Assembly (NCBI GenBank): GCA_038121585.1
Contig: JAYONY010000001.1
Coordinates: forward strand, 201,903 to 265,902
Direction of reading: 5' to 3'
Source: an archaeon
GTDB taxonomy: Archaea > Nanobdellota > Nanobdellia > Pacearchaeales > GW2011-AR1
DNA length: 64,000 bases
Shown: positions 51,310 through 60,769 of the stretch, one piece after another
Position numbering within the stretch: the stretch's first letter is position 1
How the letters are laid out: each line of letters starts with the position of its first letter
The notes under the pieces: generated by a model
Told to the model about the DNA's origin: nothing
Databases searched by the model: none
The model's input: the letters and a program-made list of their open reading frames with translations, nothing else
Translations under genes and position numbers: made by a program

Positions 51310-52145
51310 AAGAGTGCGAAACGACCAAAAGAATACCACGACCAGATAAGTACGAATAAACTAATGAGGAATGTTGGGGTGAAGGGGATTCCTCGTTTTA
51401 TCCATACGTTCTTTTTGTGTTTGAGCAAGAATAAAATTTCTTTTTTTGTGAGCCCATGAACGCTTGGTTCAATCGTTGTTTTCCCCACTGTTACTGCTCG
51501 GTCAAGCCAGTCTCCTTCTGTTAGCTTTGTAGGTGCTACGCGCACGATCATTATTCCTCGTTCGAGCGCGCGAGCATACATGACAAGGAGTGGGAGTAAG
51601 CTAAAGAGCACTACCCAAAAACCATAGGGAAAGAGAGGTGCTCCTGATGCGAGTACAATTTCGAGTCCGAGTCCGACGAAGAACATTGCAATAAATAATT
51701 TGCGAAATGCACTCCATTCTTTCTTGAATGCGTTAGTAAATCCTTTTGTGTTGCGTGCGACGAGCACCCCACTATATACAAGAGTGTAGAGAATGCCTGC
51801 AACAAAAAAGACGAGGAGGAATGTCAGAGTGATTGTTATGAGGCTGGTTATACTCGTGAAAGGGAGCACTCCCCCGTACCCCATAAGGAGTTTTGCGTCT
51901 CCTCCCGCAAATACTCGTCCGTAATAGAAGAGGTATGCAAGTCCTACAAAAACTCCGACTCCAAGCACCCCGTACCAAAAGAAGTAAGGCACCTCATAGA
52001 CGAGTGCATAAAATCCTCGATAGGCAAGTGTGAATGCGATTAACGTGAAATTAAGCCAGTTAGCGACTTCTGTTGTGCGCATATCCTGCACTACCGCAAA
52101 AAAAGTCCAGATGGCAGCAAGTCCAAATAAAAAATAGTATTCCAC
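51306..52145 (-). CDS. A24-family prepilin/preflagellin peptidase (FlaK/PibD/EppA-like)
   Basis: 279 aa, multi-pass. FAVVQDMRTTEVANW and FAGGDAKLLMGYGGVLPF match the two catalytic Asp motifs of archaeal A24 peptidases. Confidence 0.75.
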   Translation of the reverse strand: MEYYFLFGLAAIWTFFAVVQDMRTTEVANWLNFTLIAFTLAYRGFYALVYEVPYFFWYGVLGVGVFVGLAYLFYYGRVFAGGDAKLLMGYGGVLPFTSITSLITITLTFLLVFFVAGILYTLVYSGVLVARNTKGFTNAFKKEWSAFRKLFIAMFFVGLGLEIVLASGAPLFPYGFWVVLFSLLPLLVMYARALERGIMIVRVAPTKLTEGDWLDRAVTVGKTTIEPSVHGLTKKEILFLLKHKKNVWIKRGIPFTPTFLISLFVLIWSWYSFGRFALF

Positions 52146-52211
52146 AAGTAAGCCCTCTTCTTAAGGAGTACCTAACCGAATCTTTATTAACTTTCCTGCG
52201 CAAAAAAGGGT

Positions 52212-53189
52212 ATGAAAAAAGAGGAATTAAGTAGATATTTGTATGTTGCAATCATTGCAGCACTTATTTTTCTCTCGTATCTTATCATTAAACCGTATGC
52301 AATTCCTATTATTTCAGCATTTATTCTTGCGTATTTAAGCAAACCTTTGTATGAACGATTAGCGCGTGGCATGCCTCGTAGTATTGCAGCGTTAGGAACG
52401 ATTGCGTTTGTGATTGTTATCACCTTAGTCCCTATTGCAAGTATTGTTGGCGGACTTATTAATCAGGCTACGAGCACGATTAAATCTTCAACAATGCAAG
52501 AATATGTTGATAATCTTGAAAATGTTGGCCTTGTACAACTTTTGAATTTAGATATTGAAGGATTACTTGATCAGGGACTTTCTAATTTTATTGAAATACT
52601 AACGAATGTTACAACGCACATCCCTTCGATTTTCATCGCGTTCTTCATTACGCTGTTTGGTATGTACTACTTACTTATTGATTGGGAGCGCGTTACCAAA
52701 GGACTTACTGTGTACTTGCCAGTTCGCAATAAGTCTCGTTTAGCGTCTGAAATTGCGCAAGTAAGCCGTAGTTTAGTGTATGGTACCCTTCTCATAGCTC
52801 TTATTGAGTTCGTACTGGGCATTATTGGGTTCTATCTTGCTGGTGTGAAGTACTTCTTACTACTACCCGCGCTCATTGCTATCTTTGCGTTCGTTCCAGG
52901 CCTTGGACCTATGGCTGTGTGGATTCCTACAGCAATTATTCTAGTTGCACAACAGAATTGGCCAGGAGCATTGATTATTACCGTTACAGGATTTATCTTA
53001 ACAATTTTTGTGGATAATATTCTCCGTATTAGAATCACGGGCAAGGCAGCGAGTACCCACCCACTTGTAATGCTCGTAGGTATTTTCGGTGGTATCACAC
53101 TCTTTGGAGCATTTGGATTTATTATTGGTCCTTTGCTACTCAGCTACACGATGAAAATAGTGCAAGAAGTAGCTGAAGAAATGAGATAA
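52212..53189 (+). CDS. AI-2E family transporter (PerM/UPF0118)
   Basis: 325 aa, about 8 TM segments. The FVPGLGPMAVWIP.. pattern is typical of the family. Confidence 0.7.
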   Translation: MKKEELSRYLYVAIIAALIFLSYLIIKPYAIPIISAFILAYLSKPLYERLARGMPRSIAALGTIAFVIVITLVPIASIVGGLINQATSTIKSSTMQEYVDNLENVGLVQLLNLDIEGLLDQGLSNFIEILTNVTTHIPSIFIAFFITLFGMYYLLIDWERVTKGLTVYLPVRNKSRLASEIAQVSRSLVYGTLLIALIEFVLGIIGFYLAGVKYFLLLPALIAIFAFVPGLGPMAVWIPTAIILVAQQNWPGALIITVTGFILTIFVDNILRIRITGKAASTHPLVMLVGIFGGITLFGAFGFIIGPLLLSYTMKIVQEVAEEMR

Positions 53190-53266
53190 TGCTAAAATAC
53201 TTTGTCTTAAGAATGCTCTGAGCAGGGCACCTTTGAACATTTAGGCACTGGGTACTTTGAGCAGAG

Positions 53267-53491
53267 CTACTTCTTCTTTTTCTTTGCCCCAGAACGTTTT
53301 TGTTTAGGGGTACTCCGAGCGGAGTTAGATTTCTTCTTACCTTTATTCTTAGGAGTGTGTTCCTTACCTTTAGAAGTAGTGTCCACTACGGTTGTTGCGC
53401 GGAACTTACCTCCTCGCTTATACTTGTTATGTTTGCTTTTCTTACGCTTATCATTTTTTGATTTGCGCTTTTCAGGATAGGCATAGTCCAT
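53267..53491 (-). CDS. Highly basic Lys-rich small protein
   Basis: 74 aa, about 40 percent Lys/Arg (KRKSKNDKRKKSKHNKYKRGGK...). No family recognised. Confidence 0.4.
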   Translation of the reverse strand: MDYAYPEKRKSKNDKRKKSKHNKYKRGGKFRATTVVDTTSKGKEHTPKNKGKKKSNSARSTPKQKRSGAKKKKK

Positions 53492-53521
53492 GTTGAAATA
53501 GGGAAAATAGAGTATTTAGGA

Positions 53522-54076
53522 TTATTGCAGGATGAATGCTCGTGCAAACGAGATTTCTTTTGCATCTGCAGTAAGGGTAAATCGCCCGTCACCAGTATCG
53601 TAGTACACGATGAGGACTGCTCGCTTACCTTTTTGATTACCCCCAAGTTCTATTTGAACAGGCCCACCTTTGCCTTGAATCAAGCCTGTTTTACCAATTA
53701 TACCGCCGGGAGTGCCATCAGTTGCAAGGAGATGCACAACAATAAAGCCAGGTTGTGAAAGGTCGTAAGAGTCAATCGTGAGTGCTCCATCAGTTATTGC
53801 TGAGCTTCGCATGGTTACTGCAAGATTTGACGTTTCAGGAGTCGGTTGAGATGTTGAAGTATGAGAAGAAGTGTCTCGTGAAGCAACAGTAAGCAAGAGC
53901 ATATAAAGAATTGCTACAACAACACATGCTCCGAGCACCATGAGAAGTTTGCGATCATGTGCCTGTTGTGTTGCTAAAACCTTACGTTTCACAGGAGAAC
54001 GTTTGGCACGAACAGGCGTTTTTTTCCGAGGAGCAGAAGTTTTTTTTGAGCGAGTAACTTTCTTTTTTACTGCCAT
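53522..54076 (-). CDS. Type II membrane protein with a basic N-terminus and a beta-rich ectodomain
   Basis: 184 aa. KKKVTRSKKTSAPRKKTPVRAKR, then TM LLMVLGACVVVAILYMLLLTV, then ectodomain GFIVVHLLATDGTPGGIIGKTGL. Confidence 0.5.
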   Translation of the reverse strand: MAVKKKVTRSKKTSAPRKKTPVRAKRSPVKRKVLATQQAHDRKLLMVLGACVVVAILYMLLLTVASRDTSSHTSTSQPTPETSNLAVTMRSSAITDGALTIDSYDLSQPGFIVVHLLATDGTPGGIIGKTGLIQGKGGPVQIELGGNQKGKRAVLIVYYDTGDGRFTLTADAKEISFARAFILQ

Positions 54077-54080
54077 CTAC

Positions 54081-54422
54081 CTAACAAGTGATTGTTGAAC
54101 AAGAATCTAAGCCAACATTCTTCGTCTGAAGACCCCCACAAGTATAGTTTGTTCCGCTAGCCAATCCAGTACCCGTTATGTCATCACCAAACGTGATATT
54201 TCTCTGGAGATTACAGTACGCAGTCCGGTCACCAGAAGCACAAGCTAATTGACATTTACGTACTTCTTCAGCAATATTAGAATCATTACTTGGAATAAAG
54301 TCAAAGAAGTTGCCCCATCCAACGGAGAATCCGTAAATGAGCGATACGAGAACAACAAGTGCGAGAATTACTACGACAATTGCTTGTACACTTAATCCCT
54401 GCCCTCTTTTTTCAGTTATCAT
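54081..54422 (-). CDS. Pilin-like protein (class III signal-like N-terminus, KRGQ)
   Basis: 113 aa. MITEKRGQGLSVQAIVVVILALVVLVSLIYGF. Cys-containing C-terminal domain. Confidence 0.65.
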   Translation of the reverse strand: MITEKRGQGLSVQAIVVVILALVVLVSLIYGFSVGWGNFFDFIPSNDSNIAEEVRKCQLACASGDRTAYCNLQRNITFGDDITGTGLASGTNYTCGGLQTKNVGLDSCSTITC

Positions 54423-54466
54423 TATCCCTTATAGAGCGTTCCTAGATTTATAAAGGTTATGCGTTC

Positions 54467-54778
54467 TTACCTTCTACGATAATGGTTTGGAAAAAATCGC
54501 CGTGCGAAAAACCGGAAGAATATTCCAACTATAGCTATGAATAGGAATACAGCTAAGAGTTGAAATCCAACATTCAAGGTAAAGAGATATCTAAACGTAA
54601 TAAGCGTTACAACGAGGGTTACAACCATTGCAATTTTTCTGTTGCGATAAAAAAGCGGTACTCGAGTTAAAGTCGTAAAAGTAAGAATAAAGACTAATAA
54701 ACAGATTGCGATTATGACTGCATCAGGATTACGATACAAGTCTGCTATGGAAGCACCTACTTGGTAAAAAATAATCAT
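54467..54778 (-). CDS. Small multi-pass membrane protein in the pilin-like cluster
   Basis: 103 aa with 3 hydrophobic helices. 4-nt overlap with the upstream gene. No [KR]G motif. Confidence 0.5.
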   Translation of the reverse strand: MIIFYQVGASIADLYRNPDAVIIAICLLVFILTFTTLTRVPLFYRNRKIAMVVTLVVTLITFRYLFTLNVGFQLLAVFLFIAIVGIFFRFFARRFFPNHYRRR

Positions 54779-55464
54779 TTCTTAAATGCCTCCTCTACAT
54801 GCGCTAGTCCTTTTTCTAATCCTTCCACGCGAATGTGGAATATGTCTCGTTCCATTTTTTCTTTGAGTTTTGCAGCTGCTTCCGAGTGCTTTGCAAGTAT
54901 ACACGCATTCCAATACAAGAATCTTCGTATAAAGATTATTGCTGCTGCCCAAAGCACGATAAAGAGTATGAATGCAATCCAACCCCACCAGCCATCACGG
55001 AAGAAGATGAGTTTAAACAAGAGTTCTGCGAGCATGGCAAAAACCCCTAAGTGTGCTGATATTACGACCATCACAAGCGCTATCCCAAATGAAGGTAATG
55101 CTCCAAGGGTTGACATGTCAGCTAAAACTCTCCCAAAAACAAAGAAGAAGAAAATCCAGATAAGGACAACAAAGAACAGCGTGAGCGATAGAGAATACGG
55201 CTGGCCAAAGAGTACGACAAATACAGGACTCAAAAACGTAAAGAATGCATTAATTGCTTGCACGGCTTTGTTACGTGCTAAGATTTCACGCCATTTATCA
55301 CCGAGAAAATCCCATCGTTGTTCTTCAAGCGACTCGCGTATTGTTTCCGTAGCATTATTAAGTTGTTCAACATTGTCGCCAATGTCACCCGGAATGCCTG
55401 ACTGTCCAAGCACAAAAGGAAGTATCAATACTACAATAAAGAATATTCCTACACCTCGTCGCAT
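54775..55464 (-). CDS. Multi-pass membrane protein with a pilin-like N-terminus (paralogue group)
   Basis: 229 aa. MRRGVGIFFIVVLILPFVLG, an ectodomain, 3-4 TM segments, and a charged C-terminal tail. Confidence 0.55.
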   Translation of the reverse strand: MRRGVGIFFIVVLILPFVLGQSGIPGDIGDNVEQLNNATETIRESLEEQRWDFLGDKWREILARNKAVQAINAFFTFLSPVFVVLFGQPYSLSLTLFFVVLIWIFFFFVFGRVLADMSTLGALPSFGIALVMVVISAHLGVFAMLAELLFKLIFFRDGWWGWIAFILFIVLWAAAIIFIRRFLYWNACILAKHSEAAAKLKEKMERDIFHIRVEGLEKGLAHVEEAFKK

Positions 55465-55494
55465 AGTTGCATATCAAAAACTGAATTTATATAG

Positions 55495-55923
55495 TTATTT
55501 GCCAGCGAGTGCATCACCAACAGTTTCTATTCCCTTAATTGCTCCAGCAACTTTCTTGCCGCCTGCTTCTGAGGCAATCGCTGTTTGATCAGCTTTCATG
55601 AATGCTCGTCGACGCATAATCCATTGCCCAAGTCCCTTAACACCCCAGTTAACCGCAAAGAATGCGACAAATGCTGCGAGCATGCCCGCAAAAGCAGCTA
55701 AAGAACCGAGCCAAACAAACAGGCTTGTGAATACAACAAGGATGTACACAGTCACTTTCAAGTTAGCAGCGATTATAGCTACAGCAAATGAAACACCAAA
55801 TGAAGTCCACCCATCAAACGTTGAGAACGAACGCAAAATACTCGTAAACGTCATAAGTATCAAAAAGAAAATTCCTATGAGAATAACTTGAGCAATAAGA
55901 TCATTTGTTCCCAGTTCAAACAA
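55495..55923 (-). CDS. Multi-pass membrane protein, paralogue of 56250..56888
   Basis: 142 aa. The C-terminal 100 aa align with the 212 aa paralogue (AAFVAFFAVNWGVKGLGQW.. AGGKK..). Confidence 0.55.
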   Translation of the reverse strand: MFELGTNDLIAQVILIGIFFLILMTFTSILRSFSTFDGWTSFGVSFAVAIIAANLKVTVYILVVFTSLFVWLGSLAAFAGMLAAFVAFFAVNWGVKGLGQWIMRRRAFMKADQTAIASEAGGKKVAGAIKGIETVGDALAGK

Positions 55924-55950
55924 ATACTTAGGTACATTAACAAAAACATA

Positions 55951-56136
55951 TTACAACAAAGAAAAACGAGAATCTTCACTAAACGGCTGGGTTGTCATCG
56001 TGAAATCAGGCTTAAAATACGTGACTAAAAAGATAAAGCCGCCAATAACCAGGAGCAACGCAACTATCGCAAGAATAGCAGTACCAATAGATTTAACATC
56101 CTCTTCAGTATGACTCTCACCTCGTTTATTCATCAT
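55951..56136 (-). CDS. Small pilin-like protein
   Basis: 61 aa. MMNKRGESHTEEDVKSIGTAILAIVALLLVIGGFIFLV. Confidence 0.5.
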   Translation of the reverse strand: MMNKRGESHTEEDVKSIGTAILAIVALLLVIGGFIFLVTYFKPDFTMTTQPFSEDSRFSLL

Positions 56137-56249
56137 GCAGGAAAGAGTACTCGGCGATATAAAAACATTACTGCTCTAAATTTCAAACAAGAATTAAAAA
56201 ATAGAAAAAAATAAAAAAATAAAAAATAAGGTTTTAAAAATAACAAAAA

Positions 56250-56888
56250 TTACGCTTTTTCGAGTCCTTCGCCGGCTTCATTCAGGCCTTCTACCGAACC
56301 CTTCGTCTTTTTACCACCAGCTTTACGCTTAGCAGCTATAAGGTCTGCTTCACGCATTGTTCGTCGTTCTTCAAGCCAAGGACTGAGAGATTTGACCCCC
56401 CAGTTAACTGCAAAGAATGCGACAAACGCTGCGAACATTCCGATGAACACTGCAGCAGATCCCGCAAACACAAACAGGCCTACACTCAAAGCAATCATTG
56501 TTACAATACCATTAAGGTTTGCAGCAATGATACCAAGCAAGATGGCGACAATCAACGAAACAGGTCTTGAGAATGTTCCAAAGGTCCATAGCACGTCAAA
56601 AAACGTGACAGTAATTAGTAACCAAACCGCAACAACCACTATCTGTGCACTCATAGGACTAACACCTATATTTGCAAGAAAGGCAGGTACATCACCGAAG
56701 ATATACCCGAGCCAACTAAATGCTGGGTTGTCGGAAAATGCTTCTGTAGCAGTATCTACGCCATCAGAAACGTTTGAAAACCAACCGCTTTGGACAAGGA
56801 ACCATCCAAGACTAAATAGTCCGAAGATAACTACAAGTACAATAACTGTAGCTGTAGTTTTGTTCAATTTGCCTCTTTTATTTATCAT
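56250..56888 (-). CDS. Multi-pass membrane protein with a pilin-like N-terminus
   Basis: 212 aa. MINKRGKLNKTTATVIVLVVIFGLFSLGWF. Four further TM segments. C-terminal AAKRKAGGKKTKGSVEGLNEAGEGLEKA. Confidence 0.6.
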   Translation of the reverse strand: MINKRGKLNKTTATVIVLVVIFGLFSLGWFLVQSGWFSNVSDGVDTATEAFSDNPAFSWLGYIFGDVPAFLANIGVSPMSAQIVVVAVWLLITVTFFDVLWTFGTFSRPVSLIVAILLGIIAANLNGIVTMIALSVGLFVFAGSAAVFIGMFAAFVAFFAVNWGVKSLSPWLEERRTMREADLIAAKRKAGGKKTKGSVEGLNEAGEGLEKA

Positions 56889-56962
56889 GACCCAAGTTAC
56901 GCGTTATACTATTTAAATATTTCTTTAATGTAACACGTGCTACCGAGGGATACATGTAGCAA

Positions 56963-57421
56963 TTATAGTGAAACACGCGCCTGAAAAATCCGTTCTTGCG
57001 ATGCAACATGCGCTCCGACACGCGTTGTAACGTCTACAGGGTCAATAGTTACTAAATACCCGTCCCCTGAAGAGGTTACTTCGTACTGACCATTAGCAAC
57101 ACGTGTAAAGAACTGCGAGTCTGAAATGCCTTGGTCTCGTTCTGCTACGATTCGCTCAAATGCTTCTTCAAATGCAGCGATAAAATCATCAGCTCCTGTT
57201 GCATTTTGAAGGGCGTAATCAGCTGAGGTTTGAAGTACTGCGGCCAAGTATTCTTGCTCAAATTGGTGTTGTGAAGCAAATTGGTCAAATGCTTCTTGTT
57301 CTACTACGAGTGATCCTTGAAATGAAACCATTGCAAACAGCATTGCTACTGCGAGCGCGAGCGCTACTATAAAGAAAAGTGCAAACATGAGTTCTTGCCC
57401 TCGTTTGTTCATGTCGGACAC
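56963..57421 (-). CDS. Pilin-like protein (KRGQ)
   Basis: 152 aa. MSDMNKRGQELMFALFFIVALALAVAMLFAMV. Confidence 0.65.
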   Translation of the reverse strand: MSDMNKRGQELMFALFFIVALALAVAMLFAMVSFQGSLVVEQEAFDQFASQHQFEQEYLAAVLQTSADYALQNATGADDFIAAFEEAFERIVAERDQGISDSQFFTRVANGQYEVTSSGDGYLVTIDPVDVTTRVGAHVASQERIFQARVSL

Positions 57422-58059
57422 ACCCCATAATAATAGTAAATGTACGCGTTCTTCTCAGGTACGTGCAATGACCGTACAGGTAATTCCCGACCGATAGTTT
57501 GTAATTGTGATGAACTCAATTGCTCAGCAACCCCTTCTTGTAATCGGTACGCATGATACAAAGGGATATGTCCTGATTGCACACTTTGGTTCGGAGCACC
57601 ACTAAGCCGGTGCATTTCACTTGCAAAGTCTGTACCAGGGCCGATACCAATAGTGAATGCTGTGCAAATTGGCTCCTTACCATTATACGATGCCGCGAGT
57701 GCTTCTTGCAATGCTCGTTGCCCATCTTCCATAAACAAGGCTATCTCGTCAATCTTTGATTCATCCATCATAGAAAATCCTGCGCGAAACGCTTGATCAT
57801 AATCCAAACTTTCTATTCCAAACTCTACAAAAGTATACAGCGCCCCTTGAATGGCAAATGGCATGAATAATATTCGTTGCCCACTCCCGAACGAAAACTC
57901 ATTGCGATACCCTTCAGCCTTAATCAAATCAGAGGGTTTGTCTACAAACACTCCGGTAATAATTAAAAACAAGGTCATGAGTACGAGCACTAAGAGATAC
58001 GTTGGCATTGCAGAGATGTATGAACCAACAACCCCTCGTTTAGTGTTAAAAGTCAGCAT
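57409..58059 (-). CDS. Pilin-like protein
   Basis: 216 aa. MLTFNTKRGVVGSYISAMPTYLLVLVLMTLFLIITG. Overlaps both neighbours by 13-14 nt. Confidence 0.6.
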   Translation of the reverse strand: MLTFNTKRGVVGSYISAMPTYLLVLVLMTLFLIITGVFVDKPSDLIKAEGYRNEFSFGSGQRILFMPFAIQGALYTFVEFGIESLDYDQAFRAGFSMMDESKIDEIALFMEDGQRALQEALAASYNGKEPICTAFTIGIGPGTDFASEMHRLSGAPNQSVQSGHIPLYHAYRLQEGVAEQLSSSQLQTIGRELPVRSLHVPEKNAYIYYYYGVCPT

Positions 58060-58501
58060 ATACTTTTCGCGGCGGGTTATTTGTTGCTACAAATAATCGG
58101 TACGTTTCCCCTCCTTTTACAAACGATCCCGTAGCACAGCTCGGTGCGGTCGGATTATCAAAATAACATTGGGTTTCATAATCTCGTTTTCCCCAAAAAG
58201 CTTCGGTTTCCCCGACTTTATCTATTAAAATAAGATAATTTCCAAGCGCTTCCTCATGAATAGCGCATTGTTCAAACATAACTTCCTTAAATGATTGCGA
58301 AACGATGTCCTGGTTTACCGTGAGTAAACAGTGATACACTTGTGAGTATAACGCATCACTCTCAACTTGTTTTGCACTATACCCCCCTGCTAGAAACAAA
58401 AACTTCGCTCCGACTATCGGACCGAGCACAGTAATCGTAAATAAGAGGAGCATTGGGAGTGAAAACGTATTCCGACCGATTGCTTGTCCGCGCCGATTCA
58501 T
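58046..58501 (-). CDS. Pilin-like protein (RRGQ)
   Basis: 151 aa. MNRRGQAIGRNTFSLPMLLLFTITVLGPIVGA. Confidence 0.6.
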   Translation of the reverse strand: MNRRGQAIGRNTFSLPMLLLFTITVLGPIVGAKFLFLAGGYSAKQVESDALYSQVYHCLLTVNQDIVSQSFKEVMFEQCAIHEEALGNYLILIDKVGETEAFWGKRDYETQCYFDNPTAPSCATGSFVKGGETYRLFVATNNPPRKVYADF

Positions 58502-58923
58502 GTTACTTGTCGCTCCAGAGTTTCCTCAATTTCGAAACAGTACCGGTTCGTTGTTTCCCCACCTGAAGGAAAGACGATGCGACCTTCAACTACATTCACA
58601 TCATTAAAAAATGAAGCGACCGTCCCACTCCCACTATTCATTGTTACGCGTACTTGATTCGCTACATTATCAATCCGTATTATTTGATTTACAGGTATCC
58701 CATTCGTAATTGCAATTTCTGAACCGCGAGTTACATCAAGGCAAATTGATGCGCCAGGATGTGCATAATTTATGGCCCGTGCTAGTTCTTGCGAATACAT
58801 TGCTTCATACACCCCGCCTGCATTGCGCAAGTCCGCAATATACACACTGCCAATCGCAAGAATAGCTAGCACTAGCAAAATGTATACTACGTTTCCTTTA
58901 ACAACATCATATGGACTACTCAT
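58498..58923 (-). CDS. Pilin-like protein (VKG variant)
   Basis: 141 aa. MSSPYDVVKGNVVYILLVLAILAIGSVYI. Confidence 0.55.
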   Translation of the reverse strand: MSSPYDVVKGNVVYILLVLAILAIGSVYIADLRNAGGVYEAMYSQELARAINYAHPGASICLDVTRGSEIAITNGIPVNQIIRIDNVANQVRVTMNSGSGTVASFFNDVNVVEGRIVFPSGGETTNRYCFEIEETLERQVT

Positions 58924-58925
58924 AG

Positions 58926-59573
58926 TTATTCAACGTCACACGGACCCATTTGACCAGTAACCCTTCCCGAAGTAAATCTGAGATTGGTACATAACTCTGG
59001 AAAAGTAGGATCATACAACGCTATTGAATCATCCCCTTTTGTAATCGCAAGTTCAAAGAGGGCATCTTTAAGCACAATTTCACCCATTGCACCATATTCA
59101 TAAAGATCATGCTCTTGTAACGTCCCAACTATTCGTGTATAAGAAAGAATTGGGCCAAGCTCGAGAGTAGCAACATCAAAGGACCTACATATCCCTTCAT
59201 TCTGGCACGTTGACGCTCCCTTGCACACACAAATACAACTATCAAAAAAACATTTATCTGGCTTACTTCCAACACCTACCCATGCAGAAACGGCAGAATC
59301 TACCCCGGATTGTTGGTTAAGACTCCATCCGTAAAGAGCCCAACCTTCCAGTCCACGAAAGGCAAATGTATTAGATTGCCCTTCTTCAAGAGTATTGATT
59401 TTTCCTTCCAGACTATCCATTAGCTTAATCGCATTGCGCGCTTCATTCGTCACAAACACATCATACAATTTTACTCCTGCAAAAACGAGGATGAGCATTG
59501 CTACAACTGCAATAATAATACCAAGTGTTTCATTTAAGAGCATTCCTTCCCCTCGTTTTACAAAGACTCCCAT
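58926..59573 (-). CDS. Pilin-like protein, Cys-rich ectodomain
   Basis: 215 aa. MGVFVKRGEGMLLNETLGIIIAVVAMLILVFAGV. CFFDSCICVCKGASTCQNEGIC segment. Confidence 0.6.
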   Translation of the reverse strand: MGVFVKRGEGMLLNETLGIIIAVVAMLILVFAGVKLYDVFVTNEARNAIKLMDSLEGKINTLEEGQSNTFAFRGLEGWALYGWSLNQQSGVDSAVSAWVGVGSKPDKCFFDSCICVCKGASTCQNEGICRSFDVATLELGPILSYTRIVGTLQEHDLYEYGAMGEIVLKDALFELAITKGDDSIALYDPTFPELCTNLRFTSGRVTGQMGPCDVE

Positions 59574-60611
59574 CTATAAGTTCCCCTGAATGCCTCCACC
59601 GCAAAGTGCATTCACATTTGATACAGTATACGGTACTGCTTGCACGGTTGAACATCCTGCTTTCGCTTCTTCTGTTGCAGTACTCGTAAACCCACCGCAA
59701 TACCCTGCAGCAGCGGATTGACCAAGATATGCATTGTGCGTTGCATACACTGCCCCTCCTCCAACTACAAGCACCGCTCCCGTTAACGCGTATGGGTTAG
59801 AAACAATTGCACCTGCAACTTTAGCGCTACCAGGGAGCATGAATGCAGTGCCCCCTACTGCTGCAACCCCCAACCCATAATTTTGTAATGCAGTACTATA
59901 ATCAACTGACTTAATTTGATTAAATACAAATGCAACTTGACGCGCAGTTCCACGATACGACAAGTCCCCATCAAGCTTATCTCCAGAATAATTTTGTAAG
60001 GTAACACCTGGATAATTTTGAAATTGCCGATCAGTAAATAATTCAAGATAAGTTAATGATGACTCAGGAGGTTTTGTAGTTGCAAGGTACGCATCAAACG
60101 CAGGACCAATTTCAGCATCAAGCGTTTCATTAACACTCCTGCCTAAAGCAACTCGTGAGCAAATAACACAGGTTGGTGCTTCTAACGAACTAATGCCAAA
60201 ACTAGTGTAGGCTTTACCAAAAATATCTAGTTTTCCTTCACCCATCATCTTCCAACAATCAAACATTTTTTTCGCTGATTCTTCAACGATGGTTTGTCGT
60301 TGTTCTGCAAGACTCCCAGTTAATCGAATAACTTGCACATCTTCCTCGCCAGCAAATTGTGGGCAATCATCACGATCCCCCGTTGGTGTCAAGCAGATTT
60401 TTTCTACGGTGCACTGCAACGGTATTGCTTGTTGCGCAGCATCTGCTACGGTTGCGCGCGTAATGATTGATGCTTCACATAAGTCTCGTTCTGTCTGCCC
60501 TTGATCATCAAATACATCAATAACAAAGAAGAGTAATACTGCAAATCCTGCTAAGGCCAAGATAATAGTGGTGACCATGGTCATAACGCTTGCAATCCCC
60601 TTTTTTGACAT
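59574..60611 (-). CDS. Large pilin-like protein (345 aa)
   Basis: Start moved from 60725 to ATG 60611 (MSKKGIASVMTMVTTIILALAGFAVLLFFVI). TTATAAAG promoter-like element about 25 nt upstream. Gly/Ala-rich C-terminus. Confidence 0.6.
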   Translation of the reverse strand: MSKKGIASVMTMVTTIILALAGFAVLLFFVIDVFDDQGQTERDLCEASIITRATVADAAQQAIPLQCTVEKICLTPTGDRDDCPQFAGEEDVQVIRLTGSLAEQRQTIVEESAKKMFDCWKMMGEGKLDIFGKAYTSFGISSLEAPTCVICSRVALGRSVNETLDAEIGPAFDAYLATTKPPESSLTYLELFTDRQFQNYPGVTLQNYSGDKLDGDLSYRGTARQVAFVFNQIKSVDYSTALQNYGLGVAAVGGTAFMLPGSAKVAGAIVSNPYALTGAVLVVGGGAVYATHNAYLGQSAAAGYCGGFTSTATEEAKAGCSTVQAVPYTVSNVNALCGGGIQGNL

Positions 60612-60658
60612 GCTCACTAATCTGCTTAAATCTTTATAAGTAAATCGCTGAATAATGA

Positions 60659-60769
60659 TCACACCAAAAGCCGTCGTAAAAGAAACGTTACGGCAAAAAG
60701 AGCTGCAACAAGAAGTATACTCCATAACACCGCACTGAGCGTGCCTTCAATTACCCCTCGTTTTTTCAT
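60659..60769 (-). CDS. Minimal pilin-like micro-protein (36 aa)
   Basis: Not in the track. MKKRGVIEGTLSAVLWSILLVAALFAVTFLLRRLLV. Its ATG overlaps the stop of the 515 aa gene (ATGA at 60766-60769). Confidence 0.5.
   Translation of the reverse strand: MKKRGVIEGTLSAVLWSILLVAALFAVTFLLRRLLV

Noticed and set aside
54761-56916. Plus-strand ORFs 54761..55588 (275 aa), 55598..55891 and 56392..56916 (174 aa)
   Set aside because: They are antisense to the minus-strand pilin-like cluster genes. Those genes have coherent TM and leader architecture and operon-style overlaps. The plus-strand frames are low-complexity.
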